Assembly (NCBI GenBank): GCA_050125095.1
Contig: JASFEA010000071.1
Coordinates: 1-17,138, forward strand
Length of the DNA stretch: 17,138 nucleotides
Source: a bacterium
GTDB taxonomy: Bacteria > Arandabacterota > Arandabacteria > Arandabacterales > JALGWA01
Direction of reading: 5' to 3'
Position 1 is the stretch's first letter. Each line of letters starts with the position of its first letter. The notes beneath the pieces are model-generated. The model was not told the origin of the DNA, did not search any database, and worked only from the letters and a program-made list of their open reading frames with translations. Below, piece after piece: positions 1 through 7,365 of this stretch. The position numbers and the translations under genes are program-made.

Positions 1-1
1 T

Positions 2-964
2 TCCGCTTTCGCGGACGAGGTGCACTGGGATGTGCAGGGCAATTCCATCGGTGTCGTGAACAGAGGCGGAAGCCCCAGGATAATGCTGGCGGGCCATTGT
101 GACGAGATCGGCTTCATGGTGAAATACGTCAACGACGGCGGCTATGTCTATTTCTCGCCCATCGGCGGGGTGGACCCGGCCGTCGTTCCCGCCCGAAAGG
201 TCGTCATATACACCGCCAGGGGTCCGGTCGCCGGCGTCATCGGGCGGACGGCCATTCACCTTCAGGACAAGGATGATGACAAGAAGCCTCCCAAGATTCA
301 CGACATGTGGATCGATATAGGAGCCAAGGACAAGAAAGAGGCCCTCAAGCGCGTGGCCGTGGGCGACCCCGTGGTTTTCGACATGGGCTTCTGGATCTTA
401 AGCGGCGACCTGGCCGTGGCGCGCGGGTTCGATGACAAGATGGGAGCCTTCGCCGTGGCCGAGGCGCTGCGCATGCTGTCGAAGGACAAGAGCCTCAAGG
501 CCGAAGTGCATGGCGTTGCGTCGGTGCAGGAGGAGATATCCTTCGCCGGCGCCGTCACCAGCGCATTCAGCATTGAGCCCGACGTCGCCGTCGCGGTGGA
601 CGTTGGAAACGCCACGGACTCGCCGGGAGTCTCCAAGGAGAGATTCGGTGAGATCGCTCTCGGGAAGGGGCCCATTATTCACAGGGGATCATCCGTGAGC
701 CCGGCCGTCGAGTCCATGCTCAAGAAGACCGCCGACAAGAGCAAGATCCCCTGGCAGGCAGCGGCCGCGCCTCGCTGGACGGGCACGGACGCCGACGCCA
801 TATTCAAAACACGCGCCGGCGTGGCCTGCGGCCTGGTGAGCGTCCCCAACAGGTATATGCATACGCCGGTTGAGGTCATCCACCTCGGCGACCTAGAGAA
901 CTGCGCCAGGCTCATGGCGGCCTTCTCGAGCGCCGTGACCTCGAAGATGGACTTCAGGCGCTAG
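2..964 (+). CDS. M42 family metallo-aminopeptidase (TET/FrvX-like), 5'-truncated by the window edge
   Basis: M42 metal-binding and catalytic motifs are present: AGHCDEIG, GFDDKMG, QEE, VDV, and RYMHT near the C-terminus. The frame is open upstream of the track's GTG at 20 back to base 2 (SAFADEVHWDVQGN, resembling the family 'ADEV..D..GN' segment), so the true start lies outside the window. Confidence 0.9.
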   Translation, partial: SAFADEVHWDVQGNSIGVVNRGGSPRIMLAGHCDEIGFMVKYVNDGGYVYFSPIGGVDPAVVPARKVVIYTARGPVAGVIGRTAIHLQDKDDDKKPPKIHDMWIDIGAKDKKEALKRVAVGDPVVFDMGFWILSGDLAVARGFDDKMGAFAVAEALRMLSKDKSLKAEVHGVASVQEEISFAGAVTSAFSIEPDVAVAVDVGNATDSPGVSKERFGEIALGKGPIIHRGSSVSPAVESMLKKTADKSKIPWQAAAAPRWTGTDADAIFKTRAGVACGLVSVPNRYMHTPVEVIHLGDLENCARLMAAFSSAVTSKMDFRR

Positions 965-965
965 G

Positions 966-3512
966 CTATTCGACCTCTATCCTGTAGGGCATGAGATAGA
1001 GATGGGGCTCGCCCTTCAGGAGCTCCATATAGGCGGCTTCCTCGAGCAGGGCTTCGGCCGGCCCGGGGAGCCGCACCTCCGGGGTGAACACGCCGCCCGG
1101 GTTTCCGCTCAACACGTCCCAGAATCCCACCGGCTCCGGGAGGATCTCAAACGCGACCTCTTCATCAGCCGGTATGCCGGCCTCCTCCTTGGCCAGGCGA
1201 ATGGCTTCAACCAGGCCGCCTACGCCGTCGGTTAGGCCGATCTCCACGGCGCTCTTCCCCGACCAGATCCTGCCCTGGCCCACTTCGTGGACGGCCTCAT
1301 AGTCCATTCCCCTGCCTTCCGCCACGTCGCGCACGAACTTCTCATAGAACCCCTCGGTGAAATAGCGCGACATCTCCAGGTCCTGCTCGGTGACTTCCCG
1401 CCATGAAGGGAATATGTCGGCATTTGCGCCGCGCGTGTAAACCTCCCTGGATAGGCCGAGTTTCTCGTAGAGCCCGCGGGTGTGAAACCACATATTGATG
1501 ACGCCGATGGAGCCCGTGATGGTGGTTTCATCCGCCAGGATCCTGGTTGCGTTACACGCGATATGATAGCCGCCCGATCCGGCCACTCCGCTCATCGAGA
1601 CGATTACGGGTTTCTCTCTGGCGGTGAGTTCGACTTCCCTCCGTATCCGGTCCGAAGCGGACATCTCGCCCCCTCCGCTGTCTATGCGGAAGACAACGGC
1701 CTTGACGTTCTTATCTTGCCGCATCCTTCGGAACGCGGCTCCAAGAGTCTCGGGTCCCATGACGGCCCCGATCGCCGGCTCATCCCTGTTGCTTCCCTCA
1801 AGTATCATGCCTTCACCGTAGACGATCCCGATAACGGGCGGCTCATCCCATCTGGGCCTGTCCGGTTTATGCCCGGCGAATACCCTGTAGGGGAGGCGAT
1901 GCGCGGGCCCGCCCACGACCTCCTCCATGATGTCCGGGATTTCATCCGGGTAGGCAAGCCTGTCGACAAGACCGAGTTCCAGGGCCATCTCGGGCATATA
2001 GGGCCCCTTGTCGATCATGGATTTGACGGCATTCGTCGAAATTCCCCTGCCTGCGGCTATGTCTTGGACGAACTTGGCGAAGAAGTCGTCGAACACGTCG
2101 TTCAGGGCTTCCTTGGCCGGTTCGGAGAATCCCCTGTCGGCCACCTGCTCGGTCGCGGACTTGTATTTGCCCACGCGCGTGTAATGCGGCGTCACGCCGA
2201 TCTTCTCCAGCGTGCCGCCTACGAAGGTGACATCGAGCTTCATGCCATTGAGGCCGAGGTATCCGTTGGGCGCCAGCACTATGTAATCGGCCGCGGTGGC
2301 AAGGTAGTATTCGCGGTTCTCGGGCGCATTGGCATAGACGACGACCTTCTTGCCGCTCTTCCGGAAATCTGTAAGCGCCTGTCTGAGCTCGTCCGCGATC
2401 GCGGTGCTCGCCGATACATTGCCCATTCTCATGAGTATGGCGCTCACCTCCCGGGAATCGGCGGCGCGATCGATCTGCTCTATGAGCTCGCGCGTTGTAT
2501 AGCGATGAGCGCTGCCGAAAAGCGAAAAACGGGGCGGGGCCTCACCTATATGACCGCTCATGTCGATTTCGACATAGTGCTTGAGAGGGTTGAGCACGCT
2601 CTCATGCCACTGGGGAAAGAGCATGAAGCCCGCTACGCCGTAGGTCTGGTTCTGGTAGGCCTGGCGGTCCTTCTCCGTGGTAACAGCCGTCGCAATGGCC
2701 CCCTGGCCGCTCGGGAGACCGAGGGCGAGGCTCCAGTTGCCGTCCTGGTCGTAGGTACCCGAGATATTGATGCCCGGCCAGGGCCTTGCCTCTATGCCGA
2801 AGTTGAAGAAGCTCTTTGGCTGGGTCTCAATGAGTTCGCCGTCCAGGGTCCGGATCTCGAGATTCTCGTCGCGCAGAAAGACACTGGTGAAGAGGGTGAG
2901 ACGCTCGTCAAAGGGTCTGTATCCCAGTGACGCCTCCACTATGGGTCTGAACTTGGTCCCGTAGTAGGTGGGACTGTTGAGATCGCGCCCGAGAACTCCT
3001 ACCGACACCATGCGATGCGGGCGCCACAGTATGCCCGCCGACCAGGTCGAGCCCCTGTCGAGGTCGCATATGTCGGAGTTGAGCCACGCGTATGAGCCCC
3101 CGACATACACGTTTCTTCCCATCCTGCCACCGAGCGACAGCGTGTACCTGTTTACGCGCTGCCTGTCCATGGATATCTGGGGCTCGCGGAGCTTCATGAA
3201 CTCCATGCCGAATGCGAAGTTCCTGATGATGACGCCCAGGGCGTCGTCACCGGAGACGGTCGAGTCGGAGTAGGAATGCATGTAGACCAGGCCCGATGGT
3301 TTCTTGACGCCGAGGCCCGGCGGGTTAAGCCATGTGGCCAGGCCGTCGTCCGTGAGAGCCGGGGCCGAGATGGAATAGTAGCCTCTCATGCCCTCGAAGT
3401 AAGAGTAGACCGGGCTGGGATTGTGTATCACGAGACCCTGGCACAGGCCGGCTGTGAGCGCGGCCGCGAGAAATACGCATGCGGTGATTAAGACTCTCGA
3501 ACGGGATGACAT
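966..3512 (-). CDS. sppA: Signal peptide peptidase SppA (S49, two-domain 67K type) with an additional N-terminal predicted outer-membrane beta-barrel region
   Basis: The C-terminal ~530 aa carry two S49 modules: YYLATAAD, GKYKSA (catalytic Lys), FRIDSGGG, VAGSGGY (catalytic Ser), TITGSIGV and QGRIWSG. Start moved to ATG 3512 (MSSRSRVL...), which has AGGGGG upstream and is followed by a signal peptide. The N-terminal ~300 aa contain WLNPPGLG and amphipathic beta-strand-like segments. Confidence 0.88.
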   Translation of the reverse strand: MSSRSRVLITACVFLAAALTAGLCQGLVIHNPSPVYSYFEGMRGYYSISAPALTDDGLATWLNPPGLGVKKPSGLVYMHSYSDSTVSGDDALGVIIRNFAFGMEFMKLREPQISMDRQRVNRYTLSLGGRMGRNVYVGGSYAWLNSDICDLDRGSTWSAGILWRPHRMVSVGVLGRDLNSPTYYGTKFRPIVEASLGYRPFDERLTLFTSVFLRDENLEIRTLDGELIETQPKSFFNFGIEARPWPGINISGTYDQDGNWSLALGLPSGQGAIATAVTTEKDRQAYQNQTYGVAGFMLFPQWHESVLNPLKHYVEIDMSGHIGEAPPRFSLFGSAHRYTTRELIEQIDRAADSREVSAILMRMGNVSASTAIADELRQALTDFRKSGKKVVVYANAPENREYYLATAADYIVLAPNGYLGLNGMKLDVTFVGGTLEKIGVTPHYTRVGKYKSATEQVADRGFSEPAKEALNDVFDDFFAKFVQDIAAGRGISTNAVKSMIDKGPYMPEMALELGLVDRLAYPDEIPDIMEEVVGGPAHRLPYRVFAGHKPDRPRWDEPPVIGIVYGEGMILEGSNRDEPAIGAVMGPETLGAAFRRMRQDKNVKAVVFRIDSGGGEMSASDRIRREVELTAREKPVIVSMSGVAGSGGYHIACNATRILADETTITGSIGVINMWFHTRGLYEKLGLSREVYTRGANADIFPSWREVTEQDLEMSRYFTEGFYEKFVRDVAEGRGMDYEAVHEVGQGRIWSGKSAVEIGLTDGVGGLVEAIRLAKEEAGIPADEEVAFEILPEPVGFWDVLSGNPGGVFTPEVRLPGPAEALLEEAAYMELLKGEPHLYLMPYRIEVE

Positions 3513-3552
3513 ATTGCCCCCTTTGCTGTTAAAGGACCTTTTCGCATCAGCA

Positions 3553-3581
3553 AGACTATATCCCAGTGTGAAGACGAGCAA
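3553..3581 (-). promoter_or_regulatory. Putative sigma70-type promoter for sppA
   Basis: The minus strand reads TTGCTC-N17-TAGTCT (with an overlapping TATAGT), about 40 nt upstream of ATG 3512. Confidence 0.45.
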
Positions 3582-3667
3582 GGGGCCTTTTATGTTTCAG
3601 GAAACGGGGGGGAAGTATGGAGGGGCGGTGAGATTAAAACCCGGCGCCATCCGGTTAAAGAGCGGGC

Positions 3668-3708
3668 AAAAAAGGAAAGGGGAAAGCCCGAAGGCTTTCC
3701 CCTCTTCC
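3668..3708 (-). terminator. Rho-independent terminator of the OB-fold/CTD gene
   Basis: The minus strand reads GGAAGAGGGGAAAGCC-TTCG-GGCTTTCCCCTTTCC-TTTTTT: a long stem, a C(UUCG)G tetraloop and a U6 tract, starting 17 nt after the stop at 3726. Confidence 0.9.
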
Positions 3709-3725
3709 TGTTATGACCGAGTCTG

Positions 3726-5639
3726 TTACTGCAGAAGAACCATCTTCTTCTGTATCGAACGCTCGGGTGTGGACATTCTCAAGAAGTAAATGCCCGGGCT
3801 TGCGTTTCTCGAGAAGTTGTCCTTTCCGTCCCAGGAATAGGAGTACTCGCCGGCATCCAGTTCGCCGTCGGATACGGTCCTCACAAGCCTGCCCGAGATG
3901 TCGTAAACGCTGAGTTTCACGTTCATCTTCCCCGGCACGGAGAACTTGATGGCGGTCTGTCCGACGAACGGGTTGGGCGCGTTCTGGGCAAGTCTCAGAG
4001 GGAAGCCCTCGCCGCGTTCGACGCCGGCGGTGCAGGAATAGAACACGATGTCCGAGTCCTCGCGCGGCTCGATCTTAAACTCGGCATAATGGAATCTCAC
4101 CGGGCCGGTGATGTCTATGATGCTGGTCGGGCAGTAGTATGTGTAGCACGGATTGTACACACACATGAAATCACCCACGGCCACGCTGTCAGTGCCCGTT
4201 CCGCATATCCATTCCCCGACGGCATCGGGCCCCGTGAATACTTCCACGGATTCCATCTTGATGAATACGCTCTCGTAGGATTCGGCCGTCGCGGAACCGG
4301 TCTTGATCTGGCCGGGCGTTACGACGGTGGGGCCGGAGAACGGTATGCCCGTTCCCACCCACTCGACGTAATCGACGCCGCTGATCTCCGTCCAGTTGTA
4401 GTACTCCTGGACGAACCCCGACACAATCACGCTGTCGCCGACATCGTAGTCACCGCCGAGGAAGGTGTAAACATATATGCCGTTCCACGGTCCGCCGGCC
4501 TTGGACTGCATGAAGAAGGGACCGTCATACACGCTGTCCGCGTTCACGACAATGCCGGTGAACGTGACCCTCTCGCCGTCCATGGGAGAGGCGTCCGTGG
4601 TGTCAGTGGGCGTCTGGATCTGGCTTATCGGTGTTATACCCGCCCTGAAGCCCAGTTTCTCGCATTCCGTCATGGGAGAGCCCGATGAGGACTGGACATC
4701 GCAGACGGTGAGGCTGTCCCTGAATCCGGCCGCCTGCGTTCCCGTGACAATATCAACCGTCATACTGTCGGTCATATCCAGCGTGGCAGTAATGATAGTC
4801 GTCCCGCTCTCGAGGGAGTAGTTGTCCTCATTCTCGGCGCTCAGCTCGTCCAGGGTCGCGTTGAAGATCACCCTCAGCGATGTGTTCGAAGTGGGGAATG
4901 CCGAGGTAACCGAAGGCGGCGGCGCGCCGTGCAGGAATATGATATCGGCCACCGTGCGAGGCCAAATCTTGTAGTTGCCGTATTCCTCGGCCACCGTTCC
5001 CCTTACCAGGACCAGCGTATCGCCGACGACAAAAGTCGGCCAGTTGGAAATGCACTTGTCATCGGCCATGGCAGTATCGCCGAAAGCCGGAGGGTAGTGG
5101 GGGATATTGTCATCATGAGCCTCAATTAAGAAGACGTCGTTGTAAATCGTCTCGGACTGAACTTCCACGGTATCAATACAGACGAATACACCTTCCCACC
5201 TCTCCGCCCAGTCCGTGCTGTCGTTGTCCTCTGGCCACAGCCCCAGGTCCGTGCAGCTCAGGAGCTCGCAGTCCGGCGTTCCATAATCCTCTTCAATGAC
5301 AGTGTACCCGCTCGCGTCTATCTGGATCTCCGAGTGGTTGTTGTACTCATCGTAGTACCCGACGACGCTCACGAGATCGCCGATCTCGACATCGGGCAGA
5401 TGCCTGTCACAATATGCCAGTATGCCACTCCAGGGGCCGCCGCCCTGTTCCTGGATGTGGAAACCATACGTCGTGGGCTTGTCGTCATAGTTGGTGACAA
5501 TCACGCTGTCCACCCGGACGCTGTCGCCTATTGTGAAAGCGCCCTGCTGAACCTGGTAAATCGTGGTCTTGGTGACCGCACCCAGGGCGACGGCGGGCAC
5601 CAGAACCGCGACTACCAAGAATGCTGCCAAATACTTCAT
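3726..5639 (-). CDS. Secreted protein: two tandem OB-fold modules (YhcR/ExeM-like N-terminal type), an Ig-like linker domain and a C-terminal FlgD-Ig/T9SS type-A-like sorting domain
   Basis: Sec signal MKYLAAFLVVAVLVPAVALG and strong RBS GGAGGAGG. Internal repeat: GFHIQ..GGGPWSGILAY..GDLVSVVGYYDEY versus PFFMQ..GGPWNGIYVY..GDSVIVSGFVQEY, and KIWPRTVADI versus KIEPREDSDI. CTD motifs QNAPNPF...VYDISGRLVR...WDGKD...GIYFLRM...KKMVLLQ. Confidence 0.8.
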   Translation of the reverse strand: MKYLAAFLVVAVLVPAVALGAVTKTTIYQVQQGAFTIGDSVRVDSVIVTNYDDKPTTYGFHIQEQGGGPWSGILAYCDRHLPDVEIGDLVSVVGYYDEYNNHSEIQIDASGYTVIEEDYGTPDCELLSCTDLGLWPEDNDSTDWAERWEGVFVCIDTVEVQSETIYNDVFLIEAHDDNIPHYPPAFGDTAMADDKCISNWPTFVVGDTLVLVRGTVAEEYGNYKIWPRTVADIIFLHGAPPPSVTSAFPTSNTSLRVIFNATLDELSAENEDNYSLESGTTIITATLDMTDSMTVDIVTGTQAAGFRDSLTVCDVQSSSGSPMTECEKLGFRAGITPISQIQTPTDTTDASPMDGERVTFTGIVVNADSVYDGPFFMQSKAGGPWNGIYVYTFLGGDYDVGDSVIVSGFVQEYYNWTEISGVDYVEWVGTGIPFSGPTVVTPGQIKTGSATAESYESVFIKMESVEVFTGPDAVGEWICGTGTDSVAVGDFMCVYNPCYTYYCPTSIIDITGPVRFHYAEFKIEPREDSDIVFYSCTAGVERGEGFPLRLAQNAPNPFVGQTAIKFSVPGKMNVKLSVYDISGRLVRTVSDGELDAGEYSYSWDGKDNFSRNASPGIYFLRMSTPERSIQKKMVLLQ

Positions 5640-5767
5640 CTTAGCCTCCTCCTGATCATGGTATAGGTCTCAACGGAATATAAATACCGCAATACTCCCT
5701 CTGCATCACCTCCAATTCGCAAGAAGTAAAGGACTCTTCAAAAGACACTTACCCCTATTCGCCTGTC

Positions 5768-5796
5768 ATTATATCACAGAATATCAGGCATTTCAA
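5768..5796 (-). promoter_or_regulatory. Sigma70-type promoter with extended -10 for the OB-fold/CTD gene
   Basis: The minus strand reads TTGAAA-N17-TATAAT with TG-n directly before the -10 (TGATATAAT). Confidence 0.8.
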
Positions 5797-5869
5797 GGGT
5801 TTAGGTGGAGGTGAAGCTTGACCCCATTGGGCATCTATGCGAATCTTTAGCGTCCATGGAGGCCTGTAT

Positions 5870-6724
5870 ATGCGAGGTCTGAAGACAGCCGCCCTCATCT
5901 TCGCCGAGAGCATTCGGAATTTCGTGGCCCACTATGGCCTGTCCATGAGCGCCGCCATAAGCTTCTTCGCCATGTTCTCGTTCTTCCCGCTGCTCCTCCT
6001 GGCCCTGTCCGTGTTTGCCACCTATCTGGGCTCTTCCGAGCTCGGCATGTCCCGGCTCTCCGACCTCCTCTCGGACCTCACGCCAGTTGGAGCCGGCATC
6101 ATCATGGGCTGGGTGCGCTCGGCGGCAAGGAACCGGTCCATTGCCTGGGGAATCGGCGCGCTCGCCTTCTTCTGGGGCGCGAGGCTGGTATTCATCACGC
6201 TGGCCTGGAGCGCGTCCATAATCTGGGGAAGGCAGGGCTGGAAGGACATTGTCCTAAGGCAGGTTGTGGCGCTCGTGTTGGTGGCATGCGCCGCGCTTCT
6301 GCTGCTGGCTTCGCTGCTGCTTCCCGGGGTGGTGGAGGAGATGTACGCCGTGGCCGGCGCGACCGTAGGCCGCTACATCCGTATGGGGCTCATACTGGTC
6401 CCTTACTTTTTCTCGTTCCTCACGTTTTATGTCATATACCTCTTCACGTCCCCCGGCCGGGTTCCCAAGCGGAACGTCCTTCTCATAGCCGCAATCGTGT
6501 CGCTGACCTGGGAAATCGCCAAGAACGCCTTCCTGACCTATATCGGCATGACGCAGATAACAAGCGTATACGGGTCGATCGGCGGCATCATAGTGCTAAT
6601 GCTGTGGATACATGTCTCCACAATCATAGTGCTGTGGGGAATGGAACTGCTGGCGGCCTGGCATGCGAAACCCAGGCAGATAAGTCACATCAAGAAAACC
6701 AGGGGGCTTCTGGTTATCGAATAG
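5870..6724 (+). CDS. YihY/virulence factor BrkB family inner-membrane protein
   Basis: Family motifs SAAISFFAMFSFFPLLLL, WEIAK and YGSIGGIIVLMLWIHVS..IVLWG.E, plus about 6 hydrophobic segments. Start moved to ATG 5870, which is preceded by GGAGG at 7 nt spacing. Confidence 0.88.
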   Translation: MRGLKTAALIFAESIRNFVAHYGLSMSAAISFFAMFSFFPLLLLALSVFATYLGSSELGMSRLSDLLSDLTPVGAGIIMGWVRSAARNRSIAWGIGALAFFWGARLVFITLAWSASIIWGRQGWKDIVLRQVVALVLVACAALLLLASLLLPGVVEEMYAVAGATVGRYIRMGLILVPYFFSFLTFYVIYLFTSPGRVPKRNVLLIAAIVSLTWEIAKNAFLTYIGMTQITSVYGSIGGIIVLMLWIHVSTIIVLWGMELLAAWHAKPRQISHIKKTRGLLVIE

Positions 6725-6741
6725 CCCTTCAGGAGGTACGC

Positions 6742-7314
6742 TCAGGGGGTCCGTTTCTCTTCGAGCTTAGCCGGAGCCGCGGCCGTTATCTTCCGCGCGG
6801 CAAGGGCGGCGAGCGGTACCAGCGCAAGCAGGAGAAGCGACGAGAAGGCGCCGGAGCGCAGACTCCATGATGCGATGCCGGGAAGTCCGGCCCCGACCCA
6901 CCTCATGAATCCAAATGCATGCGCCCCGACCAGGCCGAATGAGAAGAATCCCACAAAGGTCGCGATGGCGGCCGACAGCCAGGCGCGCCTCAGCGAGTGC
7001 CTCTCGCCCGCCCGCATGGCTGACCACGAGAGGTCGAACGCCGCCCCCTCGATGGCTATTGCGATCATGTGGCATATGTAGAGTTTGGGGACGAGGCATC
7101 TCAATGCGCCGGCCAGCACGGCGGCCCCGAGGGAGGTGCCCGGCCTGTCGTAAATGAGCCTTGCCGTGACGAGAATCGCGAGGCCCAGGGCGGTGAGGGA
7201 GGCCGCTCTCATGGGAACATGGAATCTGTAAAACACGTCCCCGACGAAAACCTCCGTGAGGCCCCAGACGGCCCCGGCCGCGATCACCACGATAATCCCC
7301 GTCTTCCTGCTCAT
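6742..7314 (-). CDS. Small polytopic membrane protein, ECF S-component-like (substrate unknown)
   Basis: 190 aa with 5-6 hydrophobic helices and the pattern GAVWGLTE...P...ARLIYDRPG...AIAIEGAAFDL, reminiscent of ECF S components. RBS GGAGG upstream. The CDS is well supported; the function is an inference. Confidence 0.55.
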   Translation of the reverse strand: MSRKTGIIVVIAAGAVWGLTEVFVGDVFYRFHVPMRAASLTALGLAILVTARLIYDRPGTSLGAAVLAGALRCLVPKLYICHMIAIAIEGAAFDLSWSAMRAGERHSLRRAWLSAAIATFVGFFSFGLVGAHAFGFMRWVGAGLPGIASWSLRSGAFSSLLLLALVPLAALAARKITAAAPAKLEEKRTP

Positions 7315-7365
7315 TACTATTCCTCCTGGCGGCGAAAAACCGATAAGTGATTTACTTCAGACCAT

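Noticed and set aside
1482-2930. 482-aa plus-strand ORF antisense to sppA
   Set aside because: It lies entirely opposite a well-supported gene and has no recognisable motifs. Long antisense frames are expected from GC-rich codon bias.
3513-3581. Longest-ORF start codons from the track (3581; likewise 5837, 15612 and 15724)
   Set aside because: They coincide with promoter elements or lack an RBS. The downstream ATGs have SD sequences and, for the secreted proteins, place the signal peptide at the N-terminus.
5818-5846. TTGACC as a -35 element for the yihY-like gene
   Set aside because: No convincing -10 hexamer at 16-18 nt spacing, so it is not supportable as a feature.
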